DNA from: Actinomycetota bacterium
Lineage (GTDB): Bacteria > Actinomycetota > Thermoleophilia > Gaiellales > Gaiellaceae
Direction of reading: 5' to 3'
DNA: 64,000 bases
Assembly (NCBI GenBank): GCA_046733475.1
Contig: JBKPPF010000018.1
Span: 4,138-68,137, forward strand
The position numbers and the translations under genes were made by a program. Shown piece after piece: positions 28,494 to 36,824 of the stretch; the first letter of the stretch is position 1, and every line of letters begins with the position of its first letter. The notes under the pieces were generated by a model. That model did not search any database, was not told where the DNA came from, and saw only the letters and a list, made by a program, of their open reading frames with translations.

Positions 28494-29311
28494 CTGAACC
28501 GGACCGGCCGACCCCGGTCGACCCCGCAGAGCTCGGGTTCGAGGCGATCGTCTACGAGAAGGCGCCGCCGCGGGCGACGATCACGCTCAACCGCCCCGAG
28601 GTCCTGAACGCCTTCGACTTCCGCATGCTGCGGGAGATCGCGCGCGCGTGTGAGGACGCGTCCTGGGACGACGAGGTCCGCGTCGTCGTCGTCACCGGCG
28701 CCGGCCGGGCCTTCTGTGTCGGCGCGGACCTGAAGTCGTGGAGCGAGGACTACCTCGGCAAGCCGGGCGAGTACTGGAAGTGGTTCGGCGCCTTCAAGGA
28801 CATGCATGACCGGCTGCGCGAGATCGGCAAGCCGACGCTCGCCCGCATCAACGGCATCTGCGTGGGCGGCGGCAACGAGCTCCAGATGGCCTGCGACCTG
28901 GCTGTCATGGTCGATGACACGTTCATCCGCCACGTCGGTCCTGAGCACGGCTCCGTGCCTGCGGGCGGCGCGACGCAGTGGCTGCCGATCATGGTCGGCG
29001 ACCGCCGCGCGCGGGAGATCCTCCTTCTCTGCGAGGAGATCCCGGCGGCCAAGGCAGCCGAGTGGGGGCTCGTGAACTCGGTCGTTCCGGAGGAGGCGCT
29101 GGACACCGAGGTCGACCGGGTCGTCGAGAGTCTCGCGGCGAAGCTCCCGCAGACCGTCCGCTACACGAAGCAGCAGCTCAACTTCTGGCGCGACCTGTCC
29201 TGGCACGAGACCGTGAACCACGCGCGCGACTGGCTTGCGCTGTCGATGGCGACGGACGAGCCGCGCGAGGCCGTGGAGAAGTTCCTCTCCCGGAAGAAAG
29301 ACGATGACTGA
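28490..29311 (+). CDS. enoyl-CoA hydratase/isomerase (crotonase) family protein
   Basis: ITLNRPEVLNAF ... VVVTGAGRAFCVGADL. ATGA overlap with the upstream gene. Confidence 0.85.
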   Translation: MTEPDRPTPVDPAELGFEAIVYEKAPPRATITLNRPEVLNAFDFRMLREIARACEDASWDDEVRVVVVTGAGRAFCVGADLKSWSEDYLGKPGEYWKWFGAFKDMHDRLREIGKPTLARINGICVGGGNELQMACDLAVMVDDTFIRHVGPEHGSVPAGGATQWLPIMVGDRRAREILLLCEEIPAAKAAEWGLVNSVVPEEALDTEVDRVVESLAAKLPQTVRYTKQQLNFWRDLSWHETVNHARDWLALSMATDEPREAVEKFLSRKKDDD

Positions 29312-29672
29312 GGAGTTTCAGGCTCTCGAGTCCGAGTGGGCAGGCATCGTGCACCGGCAGGACCAAGCTGCGGCGGAGCGGTTCCTCGGCGACGACTACG
29401 TGCTCGCGAGCGTCGGCGGCGTTTCGCGTCACATGCCGCGTGAGAGCTGGATCGCGTCGCTGCCGAACATCGAGACCGAGCTTCTTGAGGCTGACGTCGA
29501 GGACGCCCGGACCTGCGGAGACGTGGCGATCGTGAAGGCCCGGCTCAGGTGGCTTGCGCGCACTGAAGGGCGCAGCCTGAACGGGACCTATGCCGTGACC
29601 GATGGCTTCACCAACGACCGGGGACGCTGGAGTGCGTCCTGGCGGATCTCGGTCCGCCTCACCGACCGGTGA
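29304..29672 (+). CDS. NTF2-like (SnoaL/DUF4440-like) protein
   Basis: 122-aa ORF from ATG 29304 with an acidic-N-terminus/W-rich pattern typical of NTF2-like folds. Family call is tentative. Confidence 0.5.
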   Translation: MTEEFQALESEWAGIVHRQDQAAAERFLGDDYVLASVGGVSRHMPRESWIASLPNIETELLEADVEDARTCGDVAIVKARLRWLARTEGRSLNGTYAVTDGFTNDRGRWSASWRISVRLTDR

Positions 29673-30433
29673 CCGTCCTCCTCGAGCGCGAGGAGCCCAT
29701 CGCCGTCATCCGGCTGAACCGGCCGGAGGCACTGAACGCTCTCTCGAACCAGCTCATGTCCGAGCTCGTCGGCGCGCTCGAGAACCTCGACGACGACGAG
29801 GCGGTCCGCTGCATCGTCATCGCCGGCGACGAGAAGGCCTTCGCCTCGGGCGCGGACATCGGCGAGCTCTCGGACTCGACTGCGCTCGAGCTCTACTTCG
29901 GCGGGCGCATCGACAAGTGGGACGCGATCCGCTCCGTGCGGACCCCGATCGTGGCCGCCGTGTGCGGCTACTGCCTCGGCGGCGGCTGCGAGTTGGCAAT
30001 GGCGTGTGACCTCATCGTCGCCTCGGAGACCGCGCAGTTCGGCCAGCCGGAAACGAACCTCGGCGTCCTGCCCGGTGCCGGCGGGACGCAGCGCATGACC
30101 AGGGCGATCGGGAAGTCGAAGGCGATGGACGTCATCCTCACGGGTCGTTTCCTCACGGCGCGGGAGGCGGAGGCGGCAGGCCTGGTCGCGCGGGTGGTCG
30201 CCGCCGAGGCGTGGCTCGAGGAGGCGAAGCGCGTCGCGCAGGCGATCGCGGCCAAGAGCCCGGTCGGTGTGCGGCTCGCGAAGGAGGCGATGAACCAGGC
30301 GTTCGAGTCGAGCCTCCGCGCGGGTCTCGACGCCGAGCGCAAGGCGTTTCACCTCGCGCTTTCCTCCGAGGATGCTCAGGAGGGGATGAAGGCCTTCCTC
30401 GAGAAGCGGCCACCTGACTTCAAAGGGAAGTAG
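29669..30433 (+). CDS. enoyl-CoA hydratase (crotonase)
   Basis: IRLNRPEALNAL ... IAGDEKAFASGADI ... GGGCELAMACD. Confidence 0.88.
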   Translation: MTVLLEREEPIAVIRLNRPEALNALSNQLMSELVGALENLDDDEAVRCIVIAGDEKAFASGADIGELSDSTALELYFGGRIDKWDAIRSVRTPIVAAVCGYCLGGGCELAMACDLIVASETAQFGQPETNLGVLPGAGGTQRMTRAIGKSKAMDVILTGRFLTAREAEAAGLVARVVAAEAWLEEAKRVAQAIAAKSPVGVRLAKEAMNQAFESSLRAGLDAERKAFHLALSSEDAQEGMKAFLEKRPPDFKGK

Positions 30434-30434
30434 C

Positions 30435-31427
30435 TCAGACTTCGAGCTCGACGGGGACGAGCTCGATCTTGGTCCGCGTTCCGTCGCGCACGGTCTCGAG
30501 CGTCACGGACTCGCCGATCAGCTCGCCGGCCATGAGGCGCTGGAGGTCGTCCACGCCCGCGACGGCAACACTGTTCAGCTCGACGATGAGGTCCTCGGCG
30601 CGGAGACCGGCTCTTGCAGCCGGGCTGCCCTCGACCACCTCGACGATCTCGACGCCGGTCTCGCGGCCGAGCTCGCGGGCGAGCCGCGGGGGAAGAGGAC
30701 GCGGGCCGCCGGCGATGCCGAGGTAAGCGCGGCGGAACCGGCCTTCGCTCATGAGCGCGCCGATGATCTTCCTCGTCGTCTCGTTGATCGGGACGGCGAG
30801 CCCGAGGCCGACTCCTGCGACGGCGGTGTTGATCCCGACTACGTGGCCGTGTCCGTCCGCGAGAGCCCCGCCCGAGTTGCCCGGGTTGAGGGCCGCGTCT
30901 GTCTGGATCACGTTCTCGACGATCCGCCCGGCCGCGCGCGAGCGCACCGGCAGGGAGCGGCCGAGCGCGGACACCACGCCCGCGGTCACGGAGCCGGCGA
31001 AGCCGTGCGGGTTCCCGATCGCGACGACGAGTTGGCCGACGCGAAGGTTCTCCGCGTCTCCGAGCACCGCCGGGGTGAAGTCGGTTCCCTCGGCGCGCAG
31101 CACGGCGAGGTCCGAGAGCGGGTCCGTTCCGACGACCTCGACGCCGACCTCGGAGCCGTCGACGAAGGAGGCGCGGACACCCGCCGTGCCGCTCGCGACC
31201 ACGTGCGCGGACGTGAGCATGAAGCCGTCAGGAGTGACCACAACGCCGCTTCCGCCCCCGTCCATACGCCGGCCGCCGCGAACCCGGCGCGAGACGCGGA
31301 GGTTGGCGACCGAGGGTGAGAGCCGATCCGCGACGGCTATGACCACCCGGGAGTACGCGTCGAGGACGTCCTCCTCGGCCGGAACTTCGGGCGACGAGAT
31401 GAACGTAAGAGCCCGATTCACGATCAA
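30435..31427 (-). CDS. HtrA/DegP-family serine protease with a PDZ domain
   Basis: Catalytic TSAHVV and GNSGGAL motifs; C-terminal PDZ-like region. Confidence 0.88.
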   Translation of the reverse strand: MIVNRALTFISSPEVPAEEDVLDAYSRVVIAVADRLSPSVANLRVSRRVRGGRRMDGGGSGVVVTPDGFMLTSAHVVASGTAGVRASFVDGSEVGVEVVGTDPLSDLAVLRAEGTDFTPAVLGDAENLRVGQLVVAIGNPHGFAGSVTAGVVSALGRSLPVRSRAAGRIVENVIQTDAALNPGNSGGALADGHGHVVGINTAVAGVGLGLAVPINETTRKIIGALMSEGRFRRAYLGIAGGPRPLPPRLARELGRETGVEIVEVVEGSPAARAGLRAEDLIVELNSVAVAGVDDLQRLMAGELIGESVTLETVRDGTRTKIELVPVELEV

Positions 31428-31617
31428 GACCTAAGTCGCCGAACCGCACTGAACGACGCGTGGCCGCGTCCTCGGTCGCGCAGGTATCTCACTCGATACC
31501 CGCGCTCCGTGCGTCCTCGCCCCGCGGCACCCATCGCGCCTCGGCAACGAGGCCCCATCATGAAACGGGCTCTAAGATCCACCGTTCCAAGCTAGCAGCG
31601 GCGGGGAGGTCTACCGA

Positions 31618-32388
31618 GTGGCCGAGGTCGAGACGCAGCGCGACGGGGGCGTGATGACGATCACGCTCAACCGGCCGGACGTCCTGAACGCATTCGACCG
31701 GGCAATGCAGGACGGCTTCCGCGCGGCGCTCAAGGAGGCGGGCGATCCGGAGGTGCGCGCAGTCGTCTTGACCGGCGCCGGTCGCGGCTTCTGCGTCGGC
31801 CAGGACCTCAAGGAGTTCCAGGAGGGCGCGGGAGACATCGGAGAGCGGCTGCGCTCGATGTACAACCGCAACGTTCTCTCGCTCCGCTCGCTCGAGAAGC
31901 CCGTCATCGCGGCGGTGAACGGGCCTGCGGCAGGCGCCGGCCTCGCGCTCGCTGCTGCCTGCGACATCCGCATCGCCGCCGACTCGGCCGTCTTCGTGCC
32001 CGCGTTCGTCACGATCGGCCTCGTCCCGGACACGGGTGCAAGCTTCTTCCTCTCCCGCCTGCTCGGCTACGGCCGCGCCTTCGAGTGGCTCGCGTCAGGC
32101 AAGCAGCTGACCGCGGGCGACGCGCACGCGTGGGGCTTCGTCACGGAGGTCGTGGAGTCGGGGAAGCTCGCGGAGCGCGCGGCGTCGGTCGCGGGCGTGT
32201 TCGCAGCCCTGCCGACGCGGGCGATCGGCATGACGAAGCGCCTGCTCGACCGGGCTCCCGACGCAACCCTGGACGAGCAGCTCGAGCTCGAGGCGCAGCT
32301 TCAGGCCGCGGCAGCGGCGAGCGACGACTTCGCGGAGGGCGTCGCCGCCTTCCTCGAGAAGCGCGAGCCCCGCTTTACCGGTCGCTAA
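31618..32388 (+). CDS. enoyl-CoA hydratase/isomerase, PaaG-like
   Basis: ITLNRPDVLNAF ... LTGAGRGFCVGQDL ... GPAAGAGLALAAACD. Lies next to the paa genes. Confidence 0.8.
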   Translation: MAEVETQRDGGVMTITLNRPDVLNAFDRAMQDGFRAALKEAGDPEVRAVVLTGAGRGFCVGQDLKEFQEGAGDIGERLRSMYNRNVLSLRSLEKPVIAAVNGPAAGAGLALAAACDIRIAADSAVFVPAFVTIGLVPDTGASFFLSRLLGYGRAFEWLASGKQLTAGDAHAWGFVTEVVESGKLAERAASVAGVFAALPTRAIGMTKRLLDRAPDATLDEQLELEAQLQAAAAASDDFAEGVAAFLEKREPRFTGR

Positions 32389-32834
32389 CCGTTGGTGTTG
32401 CACTCGGCGAGGCCGAGCCCGGCGGCGAGCTGGTCGGCCTCGTCGCTCGCGGCATTGCCTTCCTCGAGCGCTTTCTGCACGGCCGCCTGATCGCCCGACT
32501 TTGCCGCCGCGGAAAGGTCGTTGGCGGCTGCTTTCGTCTTGTTCGAGGCGGCGATCATCTTGTCGAAGTCGCTCTGCAGCTCGTCGGGCGGGTTCAGCGC
32601 GGCGATCTGGTCGATTTCCTTGTTCAGGATCACGAGCGCGTGCTGAACGAGGTCGGGGACCTCATCGATGCTCGACGGGGTGCCGAGCGCGTTGAGCTGC
32701 TTCTCGTACTTCGCGCAGATCGCGTTCGCCTGGCTCTGGAAATCGGCCTTGCTCAAAGGTTCCTCGCCCCCGCCGCCGCAACCGGCTGCGAGCAGGGAGA
32801 GGACCCCCACCAGTGCTGCAACAGAGCCCCGCAT
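32385..32834 (-). CDS. hypothetical helical lipoprotein
   Basis: MRGSVAALVGVLSLLAAGCGG lipobox, then an Ala/Lys/Gln-rich body. Start ATG 32834, 10 nt after the XRE stop. Confidence 0.6.
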   Translation of the reverse strand: MRGSVAALVGVLSLLAAGCGGGGEEPLSKADFQSQANAICAKYEKQLNALGTPSSIDEVPDLVQHALVILNKEIDQIAALNPPDELQSDFDKMIAASNKTKAAANDLSAAAKSGDQAAVQKALEEGNAASDEADQLAAGLGLAECNTNG

Positions 32835-32844
32835 CGCGCCGAGT

Positions 32845-33114
32845 CTAGCCGGGCTCGCGGTCGAGCAACTCGATGTGCAGGTCGGCGTCGAGGGCGTTGG
32901 CGATCCGAAGAAGGGTGTCGATCCTCGGCGGCCGCCCGCCGCTTTCGAGCCGCGCGATCGCCGACTGGGTCGTGCCCACGAGTGCGGCGAGATCGGCCTG
33001 GGACAGGCCACGCTCCTTCCGGCGATCTGCCACCTGCCCGGCGATTTGCGCGAACAGCCAGCCCTCTTCGGCTCCGGCCAGGCGTGCGCGGATTCGCTCC
33101 ATGGGTTGACTCAT
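32845..33114 (-). CDS. XRE-family helix-turn-helix transcriptional regulator
   Basis: RKERGLSQADLAALVGTTQSAIARLESGGRPPRIDTLLRIANAL. Confidence 0.85.
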   Translation of the reverse strand: MSQPMERIRARLAGAEEGWLFAQIAGQVADRRKERGLSQADLAALVGTTQSAIARLESGGRPPRIDTLLRIANALDADLHIELLDREPG

Positions 33115-33124
33115 ATCTCAATCA

Positions 33125-33138
33125 TGCTATATATAGCA
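33125..33138. promoter_or_regulatory. perfect 14-bp AT-rich palindrome TGCTATATATAGCA in the XRE/membrane-protein divergent region; candidate operator or promoter element
   Basis: Read directly. It begins 11 nt from the XRE start codon. Confidence 0.5.
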
Positions 33139-33168
33139 GTAGTGCGATACAAACGCAGGATAGCGGTG

Positions 33169-33502
33169 ATGGTCTACCTCGTCCTCCAGGCTCTGTGGAT
33201 AGTGAGCATCGAGCGAACGATTTTCTACGGAAGCGACTTCGGGGCCGCGTTTATTTTCTCGGGTATCGGGCTGGCGAGTCTAGGCGCCGGGCTCGCCACC
33301 GGATCGTGGTTGGCTCCCGGACTCCCGTTTGTCGCTGTCGCAATGTCACTTCCGTTCGGCTATCCGAGCGGCGACTATCACGAACCGCTTCCGATTTTGG
33401 TTCAGCGTCCTCTTGCTCGCGCCGGTCGAGGCAGTCGTCGTCCTGCTCGGCGTCACAGGCCGGAAGCTTTGGGATCGATGGCATCGTGCAGCGGTGGCGT
33501 GA
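33169..33502 (+). pseudogene. small 4-TM membrane protein whose reading frame appears to switch near 33385-33400
   Basis: Frame 1 encodes MVYLVLQALWIVSI...GYPSGDYHEPLP. After the T-run at 33395-33398 the GC-rich-third-position, hydrophobic frame is frame 2 (RFWFSVLLLAPVEAVVVLLGVTGRKLWDRWHRAAVA, stop 33500-33502), while frame 1 becomes Arg-rich with T-ending codons. Confidence 0.4.
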
Positions 33503-33504
33503 CG

Positions 33505-33960
33505 ATGCGGTTCGCGCTCCGAGACATTCCGGTCCTGATCCTCGTCGCGGCCCTCTCCGTGGCAACGGTCTGGATGGTGCTGATCGATGTGGAGGCCGTT
33601 CCGCCGGATCGCCAATGGGTGCCGGTACAGATCGTCTTCCTCACCGTCCTGCTCATCGCGCTCGCCGCCGTCTGGCAGCTCGCCTCGGGAAAGCCGACCG
33701 GCCTGTTCGCCCTTCTCGCGCCGCTGGTGGGCGTTTTCGTGGTTGCGTTCTACTACTCGTTCGACGTGTACGACGGGCCTCCGTACTATCGAAACTCAGA
33801 GGTAGGGGACATGCCCGCGCTGGCCGTCTACCTCGGGGCTCTAGGGGCGCTTGCCACCGGTGCCGTGACCTGGCTCCGCCGGCGATTCGGGGTGGTGCTG
33901 ACCGTGCCTGTGTGCCTCGGCTGCGCCGTGCTCGTCTTCTTCTCGCACGTCTTCCACTGA
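33505..33960 (+). CDS. hypothetical integral membrane protein
   Basis: MRFALRDIPVLILVAALSVATVWMVL... with 4-5 hydrophobic helices. Alternative start GTG 33499. Confidence 0.55.
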   Translation: MRFALRDIPVLILVAALSVATVWMVLIDVEAVPPDRQWVPVQIVFLTVLLIALAAVWQLASGKPTGLFALLAPLVGVFVVAFYYSFDVYDGPPYYRNSEVGDMPALAVYLGALGALATGAVTWLRRRFGVVLTVPVCLGCAVLVFFSHVFH

Positions 33961-33968
33961 GGGCGGGC

Positions 33969-34445
33969 TCAGAGCGTCTTGAACTGCTCGAACGGCTGGC
34001 GGCAGGCGTTGCAGTAGCGGATCGAACGGCACGGGGTCGGGCCGAAGAGATTGTCGAGCCGTGTGTCGGTCGAGCCGCAATAGGGGCACGAATGGGGTCC
34101 CGTCTGGATCTGCACAAGCGTGGCGGGCGACCTGCCCGACGGAGGCGCGAAGCCGGAGTCCCGGAGCTTGCGGTGTCCTTCCCCGGTGATCCAGTCGCTC
34201 GACCAGCCTTCGGTCAGGACCTCGACGTCCGGCTCGGCGCCGAGCTCACGGATCCGTTCCGCCATCTGGTCGCGCATGACCTCGAGCGCCGGGCAGCCGA
34301 GGAAGGTCGGCGTGAAGCTGACGTGCACGCGGTCGCCGTCCACCTCGACGTCTCGCACGACACCCAGGTCGACGAGCGAGAGGACCGGGATCTCGGGATC
34401 GGGGATCTCGGCCAATGCCTCCCACACGCGCTCGGCGGTCACCAT
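33969..34445 (-). CDS. paaD: 1,2-phenylacetyl-CoA epoxidase subunit D
   Basis: FTPTFLGCPA plus the C-terminal CPYCGS...CNAC cysteine cluster. The N-terminal part of the 346-aa ORF was rejected as a shadow frame. Confidence 0.82.
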   Translation of the reverse strand: MVTAERVWEALAEIPDPEIPVLSLVDLGVVRDVEVDGDRVHVSFTPTFLGCPALEVMRDQMAERIRELGAEPDVEVLTEGWSSDWITGEGHRKLRDSGFAPPSGRSPATLVQIQTGPHSCPYCGSTDTRLDNLFGPTPCRSIRYCNACRQPFEQFKTL

Positions 34446-35074
34446 GAGGCCCCCGGCACCGAGCGGCGCACCATCGTCATCTCCTCCCACAGCGGGCGAA
34501 GCTCGTCGGTGTGTCCGCGGCGCTCGATCGGCTCGCCCTCGTCCCGCTCGACGGCCTCGCAGAGGAGTGACCGTTGTCCCTCGGGCAGGACGCCAAGGGC
34601 GTACGGCCACAACTCGTCGGCGGCCTTGCGAAACGCGGGCTCGTCCCGCAGACGCTCGGCCCACATCTCGGCGTGCATGCGGTGGTAGGTCTCCTCGCGG
34701 TCGACCTTCTCGGCGAGGCCCGCCACCTTCCGGTCGATCGAGTTGAGCAGGACTTGAATCCGGATACGGTCGGCTGTCTCGTAGAGCCAGTGGCGTGCGA
34801 TCGTCCGCGCCCAGTCGTCCGCCATGCGCATCTCGACCAGCGGAGCGCACCGGTACTCGTCCGGCTCGCGGTCGAAGGCGAGGGAGTCCGCATCCGTACC
34901 GAGCTCCTTCGCGGCGAGCTCGTACCAGGCCCGCGCGTGGCCGATCTCGGTCTGCGCGATCGACGAGAAGGCGACGTCCTCCTCGAGGAATGGCGCAATG
35001 CCCGTCCACTCGGAGTTGCGCCAGCCGAGGATGAGCTCGTCGTCAGCGAGGCTCAGAAGTTCCTGCGCGCTCAC
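34439..35074 (-). CDS. paaC: 1,2-phenylacetyl-CoA epoxidase subunit C
   Basis: LGWRNSEWTGIAPFLEEDVAFSSIAQTEIGHAR is typical of PaaC. It sits between paaB and paaD. Confidence 0.82.
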   Translation of the reverse strand: MSAQELLSLADDELILGWRNSEWTGIAPFLEEDVAFSSIAQTEIGHARAWYELAAKELGTDADSLAFDREPDEYRCAPLVEMRMADDWARTIARHWLYETADRIRIQVLLNSIDRKVAGLAEKVDREETYHRMHAEMWAERLRDEPAFRKAADELWPYALGVLPEGQRSLLCEAVERDEGEPIERRGHTDELRPLWEEMTMVRRSVPGASW

Positions 35075-35330
35075 GTGCCTCCTTGAGCTTCACCTTGAGG
35101 GAGTAGCCGTCCACCCGGCGGTAGTCGCGGTCGAAGACCTCGGCGACGTACGGCTCCCGAACCTCCTCGACGGACTCGCGCGGGACGATCCAGAGTGCGA
35201 ACGACTCGCCGCGCCGGCCGTAGAACTCACGCGCATAGGCCTCGGCGAAGACGAGATCGGGCGCCTCGAGTGAGCCGCCGTGCTGAAACGGCTGTCCCTC
35301 GCGTTCCTGCCGAAAGATCTCCCAGATCAC
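35043..35330 (-). CDS. paaB: 1,2-phenylacetyl-CoA epoxidase subunit B
   Basis: 95 aa, (V)IWEIFRQEREGQPFQHGGSLEAPD.... GTGA overlap with paaA. Confidence 0.82.
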   Translation of the reverse strand: MIWEIFRQEREGQPFQHGGSLEAPDLVFAEAYAREFYGRRGESFALWIVPRESVEEVREPYVAEVFDRDYRRVDGYSLKVKLKEARERAGTSEPR

Positions 35331-36220
35331 GCCGCGTCCGCGAGCACCGCGCGCCGCACCCACGCCGTCTCCTCGCGCGAGGCATGGCGGAGGCCGAGCC
35401 GGCGCTCGGTCTCGGGCCCGTTCCCGGTGACGACCCGCTTGAGCTCGTCCCAGTCGGGCTCCGAGTAGCTCCAGACGCCGTCCTTGCCCTGCTCGAGCTT
35501 CGGGTCGGGCACGGTGAGGCCGAGCTCCCAGATCTGCGGCACGTAGCCGTCGAGGAACTGCTGGCGCGCCTCCTCGTTCGCCTGGCTCTTGATCCGCCAG
35601 CGGTACATCGGGTCGTCCTCGGCCGGGATCGGGTTCCCGTGGAACTGCATGAGCGGGCCCCACCATCTGTTCAGGGCCTCCTGCACGAGCTCCCGTTGCT
35701 CGTCAGTCCCGTTCATCATCGTGAGGATCACGTCGCGCCCGTGGAGGATGTGGAACGACTCCTCCCAGCAGATCTTCTTCATGATCCGGGCGTACGGGGC
35801 GTAGGAGCACTTGAGGAGCGCCTTCTGGGAGATGATCGCCGCGGCGTCCACGAGCCACGCGATCACGCCCACGTCGCCCCAGGTCTTCGTCGGATAGTGG
35901 AAGACGTTGTGGAACTTCGTCTTGCCCGCGACGAGGTCGTCGAGGCAGGTCTCGCGCGGCTTGCCGAGATCTTCGACGACGCGGTAGATCAGCTGCGCAT
36001 GGCCGACCTCGTCCTGCACCTTGGAGGTGAGCGCGAGCTTCCGCTGCAGGGTCGGCGCGCGCAGTATCCATTCGCGCTCGGGAAGGACGCCCATCAGCTC
36101 CGAGTTGCCGTGCATCTCGATGAACTTGACGAGCGCCTTGCGGTAGTCCTCCGGCATCGCGTCGCCGGCCTCGACCTGGCCCCCGTCCTGGACGTACGCT
36201 TCGAATTCGGCTTCGTTCAT
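35327..36220 (-). CDS. paaA: 1,2-phenylacetyl-CoA epoxidase catalytic subunit A
   Basis: Ferritin-like di-iron motifs DEVGHAQL and EESFHILHG. Start placed at MNEAEF (ATG 36220) so that the operator-like palindrome is intergenic; ATG 36250 is the alternative. Confidence 0.9.
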   Translation of the reverse strand: MNEAEFEAYVQDGGQVEAGDAMPEDYRKALVKFIEMHGNSELMGVLPEREWILRAPTLQRKLALTSKVQDEVGHAQLIYRVVEDLGKPRETCLDDLVAGKTKFHNVFHYPTKTWGDVGVIAWLVDAAAIISQKALLKCSYAPYARIMKKICWEESFHILHGRDVILTMMNGTDEQRELVQEALNRWWGPLMQFHGNPIPAEDDPMYRWRIKSQANEEARQQFLDGYVPQIWELGLTVPDPKLEQGKDGVWSYSEPDWDELKRVVTGNGPETERRLGLRHASREETAWVRRAVLADAA

Positions 36221-36223
36221 ACC

Positions 36224-36237
36224 CAAACGATCGTTAG
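36224..36237. promoter_or_regulatory. pseudopalindrome CAAACGATCGTTAG between paaA and the divergent TetR gene; candidate PaaR operator
   Basis: It fits the pattern C-N-AACG-NN-CGTT-N-G, which I recall as the operator form reported for the Thermus thermophilus TetR-family PaaR. Confidence 0.55.
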
Positions 36238-36251
36238 GGTAACGGTACACG

Positions 36252-36824
36252 ATGTCACGGAAAGAAGAGCTTTCCCGCCAGGCGGCGCGCCTATTCGCCG
36301 AGAAGGGCTACCACGGCACGTCGATCGGCGACCTCGCCGATTCGATGGGCGTGCAGAAGGGGTCGCTATACGCCCACATCGAGGGCAAGGAAGACCTGCT
36401 CTACGAGACGATGCGCGGGGGCGCGGCCGCCTTCCACGGCGCTCTCGACTCGGTGCCCGACGACGCGCCCCCTGCCGAGAAGATTCGGGTCGCTCTCCGC
36501 GCGCACCTGCGTGTCGTGGCGGAACAGCTCGACGTCGCGACGGTGTTCGTTCAGGAATGGAAGTACCTCGAGCGCGAGCGGCTCGAGGAGATCGTCTCCG
36601 AGCGGCGCCGGTATGAGGAGCGGATCCGCGAGCTCTTCCGCGAAGGCCGCGACCTCGGGGAGCTCCGCGCCGACCTCGACGTGACCGCGGCCGCGCTCGT
36701 GTTTCTCTCGGCGGCGAACTGGGCGTACACCTGGCTCGCGCCGGGGGCCGACACGGACGCGCTCGCCGACCGTTTCTACGCACTTTTCCTCGACGGACTT
36801 CGGGGCTATTCGACTCATCCGTAG
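36252..36824 (+). CDS. TetR-family transcriptional regulator (PaaR-like)
   Basis: N-terminal HTH AARLFAEKGYHGTSIGDLADSMGVQKGSLYAHI. Divergent from paaABCD. Confidence 0.85.
   Translation: MSRKEELSRQAARLFAEKGYHGTSIGDLADSMGVQKGSLYAHIEGKEDLLYETMRGGAAAFHGALDSVPDDAPPAEKIRVALRAHLRVVAEQLDVATVFVQEWKYLERERLEEIVSERRRYEERIRELFREGRDLGELRADLDVTAAALVFLSAANWAYTWLAPGADTDALADRFYALFLDGLRGYSTHP

Noticed and set aside
34446-35009. N-terminal extensions of the listed paaD ORF (346 aa) and the paaB ORF (35043-35666).
   Set aside because: The extensions are Arg/Pro-rich and overlap the well-supported paaC and paaA frames. The conserved PaaD and PaaB sequences begin at 34445 and 35330.
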